IMG/VR virus record: IMGVR_UViG_3300022897_000006
Location: 1 to 42,343 of that record
Source of the DNA: a virus
Taxonomy: Duplodnaviria > Caudoviricetes
DNA length: 42,343 bases
Direction: 5' to 3' (one strand)
The notes under the pieces were generated by a model. It ran no database searches. It was not told the origin of the DNA and saw only the letters and a program-made list of their open reading frames with translations. Every line of letters begins with the position of its first letter. Within the stretch, counting starts at the first letter, position 1. The position numbers were made by a program, and so were the translations under genes. Shown here piece after piece: positions 1-8,063 of the stretch.

Positions 1-167
1 AGCGGCGAGCCAACAGCGTGACCGTGAGCCGGGTGGGTGGCTCCAGCGCCACGGTGACCGACGCCGCCAACGTGGCCCGCATCGGTTACTACCCGGGGCC
101 GACCCCCTCCTTGAACGTCTACACGGACGACGTGCTCCCGTGGCACGCCGGCTGGCGTGTCTACCTC
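1..167 (+). repeat. Terminal overlap, copy 1 (matches 42177..42343)
   Basis: Identical except C41 vs T42217 (synonymous GGC/GGT). Confidence 0.97.
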
Positions 168-725
168 GGAACCCGCCGGGACCTGCGCTGGCCGGGCCTG
201 TCCCTGGACCTCGCCCGCAACCCGTCCCTGTTGCCGTTCTGGCGTAAGCGCGCGTACGGCCCTCGCATCCAGGTGACCACCGGGAAGCCTCAGGTGCTCG
301 GCTCGGACCCGGACGTGATCGTGGAGGGCTACGCGGTACAGCTCTGGCCCACTGGCTGGAAAGTGAAGCTGGCGGCCAGCTCGGCCCAGGGCTGGGATGT
401 CTACACGCTGGACGATGACCTGGAGCGGATGGACGCCGACAACAGCACCTTGGACACGGCCGTCACCACTACTGTGGCCACCACCATCCAGGTGACCAAC
501 AACGGCGACGCTGGCAACACGTGGGTGCCCACCAGCCTCTACCCGGCCGAGGTGCCGTTCTATATCCGGGTGGACCAGGAGGTCATGACCGTGACCAACG
601 TGGGTGACATCTTCTCGACCACCAAACAGACTCTGACCGTGACCCGGAACGTGAACGGCGCGGCCAACACCCACGCTGCGGGCGCCGCGGTCTCCCTGGC
701 CTATCCCATGATCATCGCGCTATGA
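3..725 (+). CDS. Minor tail protein, C-terminal part (gene starts at 40193 and crosses the join)
   Basis: Same frame as the open 40193..42343 ORF; joined product ~902 aa; follows the tape measure gene. Confidence 0.85.
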   Translation, partial: RRANSVTVSRVGGSSATVTDAANVARIGYYPGPTPSLNVYTDDVLPWHAGWRVYLGTRRDLRWPGLSLDLARNPSLLPFWRKRAYGPRIQVTTGKPQVLGSDPDVIVEGYAVQLWPTGWKVKLAASSAQGWDVYTLDDDLERMDADNSTLDTAVTTTVATTIQVTNNGDAGNTWVPTSLYPAEVPFYIRVDQEVMTVTNVGDIFSTTKQTLTVTRNVNGAANTHAAGAAVSLAYPMIIAL

Positions 726-734
726 GGTGCACCC

Positions 735-1262
735 GTGGCTAAGTACCCTGTCCTCTTCGCCGGCCAGCGCTTCACGGCCTCCCTGGCCGGATCGATGGAG
801 GCCGATTTCTACCTGAAGACCACGGCGACCGCGCGCGCGAGCACTACTACGGCCACCGACGACCCGGATCTCCAGGTCCCCGTGGTGGTGGGTGAGGTGT
901 CCCTGATCGAGTTCTATGTGAAGTACGCCTCCTCCACTTCGGCCACGGCCCTGCTGAAGACCCAGTGGGGATTCCCGGCCGGAACCACCGGCAACCGCCA
1001 GGTCGGTGGCGCCGGCAGCGGCGCCACCGATGGCAGCGCCGACAACATGGCCTCACACTGGGGTGTCCACGGTTCGGGTACGGCCGAGGTCTACGGCGCC
1101 CGGGGAACATCCGGTCAGCAGCTCTGGCTCTACGAGTGGGCCGTGGTCACCGTGGGCGCGACCGCCGGTAACGTCACCTTCCAGTGGGCGCAGAACGTAT
1201 CCAATGCCGCATCCACATCCGTGGTGAACGGCTCCTTCGCTCGCCGCACCCGATTCGCATAA
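735..1262 (+). CDS. Minor tail / tail fibre-associated protein
   Basis: GAGG RBS, GTG start; MAKYPVLFAGQRFTASL N-terminus and FQWAQNVS C-terminus resemble actinophage minor tail proteins; tail-end position. Confidence 0.7.
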   Translation: MAKYPVLFAGQRFTASLAGSMEADFYLKTTATARASTTTATDDPDLQVPVVVGEVSLIEFYVKYASSTSATALLKTQWGFPAGTTGNRQVGGAGSGATDGSADNMASHWGVHGSGTAEVYGARGTSGQQLWLYEWAVVTVGATAGNVTFQWAQNVSNAASTSVVNGSFARRTRFA

Positions 1263-1270
1263 GGAGCACC

Positions 1271-1861
1271 ATGACCCAGCCCATCCCACTCCCGGCCAAC
1301 GGGGTCCCCAACTACGCTGAGTTCAACTACGGCCCCTACGACTACGAGGACGGCCTGGCCCTGCCCGTCTCCCACGGAACGAATACCTGGGTGGCCGTGC
1401 CCTGGAATGTCGAGGTCTACGATCCTCCGCTCCTCGGCCGGCCGAACGGCCAGCACGACACCAACGGCTGGACGGTACTGAACGGGCCGTGCCAGTTCTG
1501 GGGGTCGGCTTTCGTCATGGTCCAGGGCGGATACGCGGGTGACTCGATGCACCTCATGGCGCGCCGGGCCAAGCGGGTCAACGGCGCCAACACGATCATC
1601 GGTCCGCCGTTCCAGGCCAGCGAGTGGTTCGTGGGCGAGCACGAGACCCACCCCCAGCCGGACGGCTCGGTCACCTATTCCAACTCGCACCTGATGGTCG
1701 CGCTGGACGGGATGCTCCAGGAGGACGAGCGCCTCCAACTCTGGGTGGACCACTGGAACGGGCCTGCTGGGACGGATGCCCGTATCGTGTCGGCAGGGGT
1801 CACGCTGCACTACACGCCGCGCCCCACGGACATCACAACCCCGGGAGGACTGGGAGCATGA
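1271..1861 (+). CDS. Hypothetical protein, possibly minor tail
   Basis: AAGGAG RBS before ATG 1271; stop overlaps endolysin start (ATGA). Confidence 0.65.
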   Translation: MTQPIPLPANGVPNYAEFNYGPYDYEDGLALPVSHGTNTWVAVPWNVEVYDPPLLGRPNGQHDTNGWTVLNGPCQFWGSAFVMVQGGYAGDSMHLMARRAKRVNGANTIIGPPFQASEWFVGEHETHPQPDGSVTYSNSHLMVALDGMLQEDERLQLWVDHWNGPAGTDARIVSAGVTLHYTPRPTDITTPGGLGA

Positions 1862-2640
1862 GCGGGATTCTGGAAGAGGTGGTCTGGCCAGGCATGTCCC
1901 GGCTGGAGCCCAAGAGCAAACTGGGCGGCGTGCTCGCGCGCAAGCCCGGGTATCACAACAGCCGTGATCACCTACCGGCCTCGGACTACTCAGTCCGCGA
2001 GTTCAGCGTGGACCGCCAGGGCGAGGCGGACGAGGGTTGCGCCATCGACTGGACCTTTCCCGACGCCCAGGCCGGGGACTATCGCACGATCAGCAAGTAC
2101 AGCAAGCGCCTGCTGGCCGCCGGCCAGGCGGGGCGCACGGCCGACCCGCGTACGGTCTACATCCGGGAGTTCTTCGGCCAGATCGACTCGGACTCCACGG
2201 TCGAGGGCTGGGATTTCGCCAAGCACACCACCAGCTCCAGCGACTCGTCCCACCTCTGGCACATCCACATCTCACTCCACCGGGCCTACAGCCAGGACGC
2301 CAAGGCCGCCGCGGCCATCCTCTCGATCCTGTCGGGGGAGAGTGTCCAGGACTGGCAGGCCCACTACGCAAGGAAGCCCACCATGGCCGCGATCGACGGA
2401 GACCTCCCCGAGCTTCAGCAGGGAGACGAAGACCAGCCCGGCAAGACCGCCTGGATCAGGCGCGCCCAGGCTGAGCTGAATCTGCTCACGGGCGCCGAGC
2501 TGGACGTGGACGGCGCCTACGGCGCGGCCTCGGCCGCGGCCGTCAAGGAGTTGATGGCCAGCGACTCCACCCGCTCCAGCACCAACGGCTCCAAGATCGG
2601 CATCCCGGAGTGGCGTCGGCTGTACGGCATCTGGGCCTGA
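1858..2640 (+). CDS. Endolysin: M15/LAS-like Zn peptidase plus C-terminal peptidoglycan-binding domain
   Basis: GYHN...AID...HLWHIHIS motifs; C-terminal IRRAQAELN...LDVDGAYGAASAAAV; followed by small membrane proteins. Confidence 0.8.
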   Translation: MSGILEEVVWPGMSRLEPKSKLGGVLARKPGYHNSRDHLPASDYSVREFSVDRQGEADEGCAIDWTFPDAQAGDYRTISKYSKRLLAAGQAGRTADPRTVYIREFFGQIDSDSTVEGWDFAKHTTSSSDSSHLWHIHISLHRAYSQDAKAAAAILSILSGESVQDWQAHYARKPTMAAIDGDLPELQQGDEDQPGKTAWIRRAQAELNLLTGAELDVDGAYGAASAAAVKELMASDSTRSSTNGSKIGIPEWRRLYGIWA

Positions 2641-2690
2641 TCGATCTATGATCACCGCATCCCAGCCTTGATCAGATCGGTGGACTATGA

Positions 2691-2981
2691 GTGAGCGCGC
2701 GACCTGGACGGTTCACCCTCGTGCGAGACGTGACCTCGTACGTGCTGGGACTTTTGTTGATCCTGAAACAGGCCGGGATCGGATTCGACCCTCCACCCCA
2801 AACCAACCTCCCCGTCCTGGTGACGGGCGGACTGCTCGTGGGCGTGCCGGGACTGGCGCAACTCGTGATGTGGTGGCTGGGGGGCCGAGCTGGTATGGAT
2901 GGGCAGCCATCACTGCCAGCTCCCCCGCCGTTGTCGTCCTCGGGTACGCAATCGCCCGAGCCCTCGGGAGCTGACCGGTGA
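2691..2981 (+). CDS. Membrane protein of lysis cassette (holin-like)
   Basis: Two hydrophobic segments; follows endolysin; GTGA overlap with next gene. Confidence 0.6.
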   Translation: MSARPGRFTLVRDVTSYVLGLLLILKQAGIGFDPPPQTNLPVLVTGGLLVGVPGLAQLVMWWLGGRAGMDGQPSLPAPPPLSSSGTQSPEPSGADR

Positions 2982-3295
2982 GAACAGACCAGCAGATCAC
3001 CGACGAGATCCGGACCGCAGTCCACCGGTTCCAGCCCGGGGTCTACGCCTGGCTTGCCGTCATGATCTCGGCCATCACGCTCCCGCTGCTGGCTCTGTTC
3101 GTGTCGATCCAACTCAACGAGCGGGCTGTGGAGAACGAGCGGACAGCCCGCGTGGCGGGGGAGCGGGCCATGTGCATCATCGTGGTGACCCTGGACTCCG
3201 CCTATAAGGAAGATCCACCCAAGACCCCCGCCGGCAAGAACGTCGCCGAGGGCATGGCCAACCTGCGGCTGGCCTATCACTGTGACGAGAGGTAA
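2978..3295 (+). CDS. Single-pass membrane protein of lysis cassette
   Basis: TM segment VYAWLAVMISAITLPLLALFVSI, then a helical domain with two Cys. Confidence 0.65.
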   Translation: MRTDQQITDEIRTAVHRFQPGVYAWLAVMISAITLPLLALFVSIQLNERAVENERTARVAGERAMCIIVVTLDSAYKEDPPKTPAGKNVAEGMANLRLAYHCDER

Positions 3296-3299
3296 CCCG

Positions 3300-3545
3300 A
3301 TGTCGTACGTGAGTGATCCAGCGAAGACCGCCGGCCCGAGCGGGGACGGCTCCAAGAGCCTGGCCAAGGAGAGCAAGGCCGGGCTGGCCGTGTCGTTCCT
3401 CGTGTTCTGGGTGGGCCAGGGCGTGGTGGACGGAATCGGCCAGCTCGACACCTCGGCCTGGAACGGCTGGTGGGCCTCGGCCGCCGTGGGCGCGCTCGCC
3501 ACGGTCTCCGGCGTCATCACGGCCTACCTGAAGAAGAACCGGTAG
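3300..3545 (+). CDS. Putative holin
   Basis: GAGG RBS; 81 aa, two hydrophobic helices, basic C-terminus (AYLKKNR). Confidence 0.6.
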   Translation: MSYVSDPAKTAGPSGDGSKSLAKESKAGLAVSFLVFWVGQGVVDGIGQLDTSAWNGWWASAAVGALATVSGVITAYLKKNR

Positions 3546-3548
3546 CCG

Positions 3549-3740
3549 ATGCTCACCCAGCGCCTCGTCCAGGACATGGGCAGCAACTCGGGCACGCTCA
3601 CCATCACGGCCGCCGCGGGCAACCTCGCCGACCTGGCGAGCCTGGCCGAGGAGCTCAATCTGCGGATGAACATCAAGACCGAGGGCACGATCACCACCAA
3701 CCCGCCGGCCCCACCGCCGACCATGGAGGACGAGGGCTAG
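3549..3740 (+). CDS. Hypothetical protein
   Basis: Abuts previous gene, high-GC3 codon usage, ends just before a terminator. Confidence 0.6.
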   Translation: MLTQRLVQDMGSNSGTLTITAAAGNLADLASLAEELNLRMNIKTEGTITTNPPAPPPTMEDEG

Positions 3741-3757
3741 TCCCGCCCACACAGACA

Positions 3758-3797
3758 GCGGCCCCGGTACCTACCCTCGCTCGGGTACCGGGGCCGC
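3758..3797. terminator. Stem-loop between convergent genes
   Basis: 14-bp arms GCGGCCCCGGTACC / GGTACCGGGGCCGC followed by GCTTT. Confidence 0.8.
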
Positions 3798-3810
3798 GCT
3801 TTGTGCTGGG

Positions 3811-3945
3811 TCAGACGGAACGCTTGGTGGTCTTCACGGCCTTGGCCGCCTTCTTGCTTCCAGTCTTGGCCGCCGCCTTGGCCGCTTTGGAGTAGCCCTG
3901 GGGGTTGCTCTTGTTGGCGTTGCTTCCGCTGCCGAACAGATTCAC
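3811..3945 (-). CDS. Small Lys/Ala-rich basic peptide (44 aa), not in ORF track
   Basis: MNLFGSGSNANKSNPQGYSKAAKAAAKTGSKKAAKAVKTTKRSV; GGGAG RBS; own promoter motif at 3974-3996. Confidence 0.7.
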   Translation of the reverse strand: MNLFGSGSNANKSNPQGYSKAAKAAAKTGSKKAAKAVKTTKRSV

Positions 3946-3973
3946 TGTCTCGCTCCCTCGCTCTTGGCTGATG

Positions 3974-3996
3974 TACCTAGGCTATAGGATACGTAG
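3974..3996 (-). promoter_or_regulatory. Repeated phage promoter motif
   Basis: CTACGTATCCTATAGCCTAGGTA with TTGCGA upstream. Confidence 0.7.
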
Positions 3997-4019
3997 CCTT
4001 GATCGCAAGGGGGCGGGAC

Positions 4020-4370
4020 TCACGGGTTGCGGTAGTAGCTGGAGATGCTGTCGTTGAACTGGCCCGTCATCGGCCCGGAGCTGTGGGCGTAGATCAGGCC
4101 CGGCGTGCTGGAGCACGTGGAGTTGTCGAACACCACGAACGAGACGCTCGCGCCGTTGGTGATGTAGCTCGTGCGGTTGTTGGCCGAGCTGGGCATCGTG
4201 TAGCAGACGCTGGGGCTCTTGCTGGCCGCCGTGAAGCTGGTCAGCAGATCCGAGGTGTCCGCGTACCGGTAGAAGTAGATGGAGCCCGTGGGGGCAGCCT
4301 GGGCAGGACTGGCGGTCATCGCCAGCAGGGACACGAACAGCGCCAGAAGCGCCGTGATTCTCTTGATCAT
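4020..4370 (-). CDS. Secreted beta/gamma-crystallin-like (peptidase inhibitor I36-like) protein
   Basis: Sec signal peptide ending AQA-A; two Cys; paired NNRTSYI and NDSISSY motifs. Confidence 0.65.
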   Translation of the reverse strand: MIKRITALLALFVSLLAMTASPAQAAPTGSIYFYRYADTSDLLTSFTAASKSPSVCYTMPSSANNRTSYITNGASVSFVVFDNSTCSSTPGLIYAHSSGPMTGQFNDSISSYYRNP

Positions 4371-4380
4371 TTCTCTCTCC

Positions 4381-4854
4381 TCATCGGACGGAAACGGTGG
4401 TCTTCGTGGTCACCGTAACGGACGGCCGCCGGTCTCCGGTGGAGCGGACCAGCATCACCAGCGTGGCCAGGATGGCCACCAGGAGCGCGGCGAACGGCGC
4501 GGCCCCGAGCGTGGCCACGCTCCACCAGCCCAGCCCGAACAGCACGCCGGCCGGGCCGAGCACCAGGGCGGTCACTTTGGCCCGCTTACGCCACCGGCTC
4601 GGCGCCGGCCGCGCGATGATCTCGACCGGAAGTGCGTACTGGCCCGCGCGAGTGCCCATGGTGATGAGCCGGAGCGTGCCCGTCTGGGCCAGCGTGCGCC
4701 CCCTGGAGAGCCGTTTCAGCTCGGCCAGCACATCGGTCTGGGTCTTGCCGTAGATCACGGCAGGGATGCGCTCGGGGGCCGCGTGGTGGACGACCTGGGC
4801 GGGCCTTTTGTGGCGGACGAGATCCGAGGAGGAGCGCGGGACAGGCAAGGACAT
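4381..4854 (-). CDS. Membrane protein, Spd (spread)-like
   Basis: Two C-terminal TM helices after a basic patch; near a TraB-like gene; Spd call is contextual. Confidence 0.6.
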   Translation of the reverse strand: MSLPVPRSSSDLVRHKRPAQVVHHAAPERIPAVIYGKTQTDVLAELKRLSRGRTLAQTGTLRLITMGTRAGQYALPVEIIARPAPSRWRKRAKVTALVLGPAGVLFGLGWWSVATLGAAPFAALLVAILATLVMLVRSTGDRRPSVTVTTKTTVSVR

Positions 4855-4863
4855 GGCTGGGTC

Positions 4864-5016
4864 CTATCGAGAGGGCCACGGGCTGGGCGTGGCGTGGGTC
4901 GGATTGCGGCCGGGAGTGCTCCAGGCCGGGTCTTGCATGGCCGCCAGGGTGATGACCAGAAGGCCGCCCAGAATGGCGATGATGCCGGAGACGAGGATCA
5001 GGTGGGCTGGTTTCAC
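4864..5016 (-). CDS. Small single-pass membrane protein (50 aa)
   Basis: GTG start overlaps upstream TGA (GTGA); N-terminal TM helix. Confidence 0.6.
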   Translation of the reverse strand: MKPAHLILVSGIIAILGGLLVITLAAMQDPAWSTPGRNPTHATPSPWPSR

Positions 5017-5606
5017 CGGATCATCATCCAGCCGATCAGGCCCACCAGGGCGACGAGCACACCCGAGGACATGACCAGACGCCGGCCCCAGGAGATCACG
5101 GTCACGCGGGCCTGGACGTAGAACGGCATGCCGTCCCGCTGGGCGCGCTCGGCCTTGGCCGCGCTCTTGGTGATCCGCCGCGGGTTCCAGTGGTTCTTGG
5201 CATCGTTGTAGCGCGGCCAGGTGGCGAGAATGACCAGCGTCTCCAGCGGCCGGAGAACCCACTTCCAGCAGAGCCACCACGGGAGCGGGATGACCTTGTA
5301 CCAGATCGGGTCCAGGTCGGACCAGGGCTGGGCGGACGCCGGCCGCGCCCCTTTGGTGACCAGCACGCCGTCCGAGGCGTAGCGCCCGTGGCCGAGGTGC
5401 TGGCGCTGGCGCAGGTAGTAGCTGACGGTCTCGCCCACGTAGGCGGTCTCGCGCCGGAAGGCGTGCCCGTGCTTGCGTGTGCGAACGAGGTAGACGCCCC
5501 CCTTGCGGCGCCGGACCTTGCGGCCCCAGCGCTTCAGCGGCCGGTACGCCACGGCGCCCGCGAGCGTGGCCGTGCCCACGAGGCTGGCCACGATGATCGG
5601 GTCCAT
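5013..5606 (-). CDS. Membrane-anchored GIY-YIG nuclease-fold protein
   Basis: GVYLVR...AYVGET...RQRQH...LETLVI...PRYN motifs; hydrophobic helices at both ends; GGAGG RBS. Confidence 0.75.
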   Translation of the reverse strand: MDPIIVASLVGTATLAGAVAYRPLKRWGRKVRRRKGGVYLVRTRKHGHAFRRETAYVGETVSYYLRQRQHLGHGRYASDGVLVTKGARPASAQPWSDLDPIWYKVIPLPWWLCWKWVLRPLETLVILATWPRYNDAKNHWNPRRITKSAAKAERAQRDGMPFYVQARVTVISWGRRLVMSSGVLVALVGLIGWMMIR

Positions 5607-5624
5607 CTCTCCTCCTGGAGAAAC

Positions 5625-5650
5625 GGCCCGGCCCCGTGTGGGGCCGGGCC
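5625..5650 (-). terminator. Intergenic stem-loop
   Basis: GGCCCGGCCCC / GGGGCCGGGCC arms, followed on the minus strand by GTTTCT. Confidence 0.6.
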
Positions 5651-5663
5651 TGGGCTGGGTGGG

Positions 5664-6110
5664 TCAGATGTACTGACCGGGGTTGGTGGTCGACTCCACC
5701 CGGACCTCGTCCGCGGGCTTGTCCTCGGGGCCGTGCCCGCGCTCGGCGTCCCGCAGGCGGATGGCCAGCATCATGAGGGCCATGGCGATCGAGCTGGGCG
5801 CCATCCGGAACATGGCCAGCGCGGCGAGGCGCTGGACCTGGCTGACCTGTTCCGCCGCGCTCTCCGGCGTGGCCGGGAGCTCCATCTCCAGGAAGGTGAA
5901 CATCTCGGCGACGACCTTGTCCAGGATCTCCTGGGCCTTCTCGTCCGCGCTCTTGACCGGACCCTTTCCGCCGAACAGGTCGGCAAGGAAGTCAGCGGCT
6001 TCACTGCCCACCAGTTCCTGGATCGGCACCACCGAGGGGTCGCCGGCCGCCAGAGCCTTGTCCAGCTCCTCCTGGGTCATCGCACCGATCTTGACGCACT
6101 CCTGGCACAT
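5664..6110 (-). CDS. Hypothetical protein (N-terminal CxxC)
   Basis: Start MCQEC after a purine-rich leader; promoter motif at 6191-6213. Confidence 0.75.
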   Translation of the reverse strand: MCQECVKIGAMTQEELDKALAAGDPSVVPIQELVGSEAADFLADLFGGKGPVKSADEKAQEILDKVVAEMFTFLEMELPATPESAAEQVSQVQRLAALAMFRMAPSSIAMALMMLAIRLRDAERGHGPEDKPADEVRVESTTNPGQYI

Positions 6111-6190
6111 ACCGCTCTCTTCTCTCTGGCTGGGCGTTTGGCCCACCGGGTGCGAGGTCTTCACCGTTCGACACCCGCATCCGGTGGGGA

Positions 6191-6213
6191 TACCTAGACT
6201 ATAGCCCAGGTGA
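6191..6213 (-). promoter_or_regulatory. Repeated phage promoter motif
   Basis: GGGCTATAGTCTAGGTA on minus strand. Confidence 0.7.
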
Positions 6214-6248
6214 TCACGTCCTGTCCAGGGCATGGCCGAGATCTCTCC

Positions 6249-6267
6249 TGTGCTATAGAATGGGATC
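6249..6267 (+). promoter_or_regulatory. Promoter motif, probably leaderless, for the translocase gene
   Basis: TGTGCTATAGAAT; TAGAAT lies 6 nt before ATG 6268; no SD. Confidence 0.65.
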
Positions 6268-8010
6268 ATGAGCAAGAGCACCCAGCCGTATCACGCCGCG
6301 CCCTATCCCCTGCCCCTGGGCTTCAACGGCCGCCTAGCCATGCCCTATCGGTGGTTCTCTGGCCGCCCCCTCAACGGGCACCGCTACACGGACGCCACCG
6401 GCTTTCACTACGGCACCATGGCCACGGACATCTCCGGCCGCGCGTCCACATACAAGCTGCTGCCCGGCTACAAGCGCTTTCTCTACGCGCGGTTGCCGAT
6501 CATGCTGGCGCCGGCCGTGGCCGTGGAGGGCGTCCTGGACCCGGCCGCGCTCGGCTGGGGCCTGTCCATCGCGGGTGTCCTGGCCGTCCCCAAGGTGGCC
6601 AAGGCCAGGCGTGTCCGGACCTTCCGCCGCGGCGTCATCGAGCCGGTGGCCGCCAGTGTGTCCGCTGTCCTGAAAGAGCGTTACGTGTCCGGGATGGGAC
6701 ACACCTGGGTCACTGTCCCGCTGGACTACCGGGACGACGAGGAGGCCAAGATCGTTGTCCGGCTCCCGATGGCCTGGACAGGCGACGACGGGGACAGGAC
6801 ACGGCTGGCCAAGGTGGTGGCCGAGCGCCTCCAGGTCGAGGACATCACGCCGAGCTGGACACTGTCCGGCGCCGCGCCCCACGTGACCTTCTCCGTCCCG
6901 CCCAAGCCGCCCAGGTTGGTCACCTGGGACAGTGCCGTGGCCGATCTGGCCGCCAGCAAGGACACCGCGCCGATGCTCGGGTACGGCCCCCGCCGCAAGA
7001 TCGAGACGTTTGATCTGAAGCTGGAGGCGCCGCACCTGCTGGTGGCCGGGGGGTCGGGCGCCGGCAAGAGCGAGATCATCGCCGCGATTGTGTCCCAGTT
7101 CATGCGCAAGGGCTACGGCGTGATGGTCCTGGACGCCAAGTTCACCAGCCACATGTGGCTCCGCAAGGTGCCGGGCGTGCTCTACGCCAGCGAATCCGAG
7201 GAGCTGCACGAGGCGTTGATCTGGCTCGACCAGGAGCTACTGCGCCGCGCCCGGTTCGTCGCGATGGGCGGGGACCCGGCCGAGCTGGAGCCGCTGCTGG
7301 CCGTGCTGGAGGAGATGAACGGCGCCAGCAACCGCCTGCGGGCCTACTGGAAGTCGATCAAGGACACGTCGGACCCGATGATGAGCCCGGCCCTGACCGC
7401 GCTTCAGAACCTGGCCGCCATGGGCCGTGAGCTGCGGGTTCACATCGTGCTGGCCGGTCAGAGCCTCACGGCCAAGGCCATCGGCGGCCCCGAGACCAGG
7501 GAGAACTTCGGCGGCCGGATGTTCGGCCGGGCCACGGCGGCCCAGTGGCGCATGCTGGCCCCCCAGATCAAGAAGCCGCCGGCCAAGGCGGGGCCGCCGG
7601 GACGCTGGCACATCGTGGTGGGCGAGGTGGTCCGGGAGCTTCAGGCGCCCTTCTCCGACATGAAAAACGAGGAGGCCCGCTTGATCGAGTTCGCCACCGG
7701 GGGCGCACCATTCCCGGACGTGCCGGAGATGATGGCCGCCTCCCCGGTGGAGGGTGGTGGTGGGGGTGGTGGTCAAATGACAGAGACCCCCAGTTCAGAG
7801 CTACCCCCACCCGAGGGGATCTCGCTCCGCCAGTACGCCGAGGAGGCCGGAATCGATCTCCAGCGCCTGCTGAAGTGGCGTGAGAAGCGCTCCGATTTCC
7901 CCTCCTGGGTGGCGATCGGGGGGCGCAATACCCACCTCTTCGACCGGGACCACCTCAGGGCCTACGTGCGCGAGCGGCTACGGGAGCCGGTCACCGCGGA
8001 CGAGGGCTAG
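6268..8010 (+). CDS. FtsK/SpoIIIE-family DNA translocase, TraB-like (actinomycete plasmid transfer type)
   Basis: N-terminal hydrophobic segments; PHLLVAGGSGAGKS Walker A; LLAVLEEMN Walker B; MGRELRVHIVLAGQ; C-terminal HTH-like domain. Confidence 0.88.
   Translation: MSKSTQPYHAAPYPLPLGFNGRLAMPYRWFSGRPLNGHRYTDATGFHYGTMATDISGRASTYKLLPGYKRFLYARLPIMLAPAVAVEGVLDPAALGWGLSIAGVLAVPKVAKARRVRTFRRGVIEPVAASVSAVLKERYVSGMGHTWVTVPLDYRDDEEAKIVVRLPMAWTGDDGDRTRLAKVVAERLQVEDITPSWTLSGAAPHVTFSVPPKPPRLVTWDSAVADLAASKDTAPMLGYGPRRKIETFDLKLEAPHLLVAGGSGAGKSEIIAAIVSQFMRKGYGVMVLDAKFTSHMWLRKVPGVLYASESEELHEALIWLDQELLRRARFVAMGGDPAELEPLLAVLEEMNGASNRLRAYWKSIKDTSDPMMSPALTALQNLAAMGRELRVHIVLAGQSLTAKAIGGPETRENFGGRMFGRATAAQWRMLAPQIKKPPAKAGPPGRWHIVVGEVVRELQAPFSDMKNEEARLIEFATGGAPFPDVPEMMAASPVEGGGGGGGQMTETPSSELPPPEGISLRQYAEEAGIDLQRLLKWREKRSDFPSWVAIGGRNTHLFDRDHLRAYVRERLREPVTADEG
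6563..6964. repeat. GGACA/TGTCC pentamer array inside the translocase gene
   Basis: 17 copies in ~400 bp by manual count, both orientations. Confidence 0.8.
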
Positions 8011-8016
8011 GCAGAC

Positions 8017-8046
8017 GAAAACCCCAGGCCGAGGCCTGGGGTTTTC
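8017..8046. terminator. Bidirectional intrinsic terminator
   Basis: GAAAACCCCAGGCC-GA-GGCCTGGGGTTTTC between convergent genes. Confidence 0.9.
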
Positions 8047-8063
8047 TGTGTCCCGAAGTTGAT

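Noticed and set aside
1-167. 167-bp terminal repeat as a biological direct terminal repeat
   Set aside because: It falls mid-gene, has one synonymous mismatch, and the HNH/terminase layout points to ends near 25.8 kb; more likely an assembly overlap
7753-7773. GGT repeat encoding poly-Gly as a phase-variable tract
   Set aside because: In-frame triplets coding a flexible linker before the HTH; slippage would not shift frame
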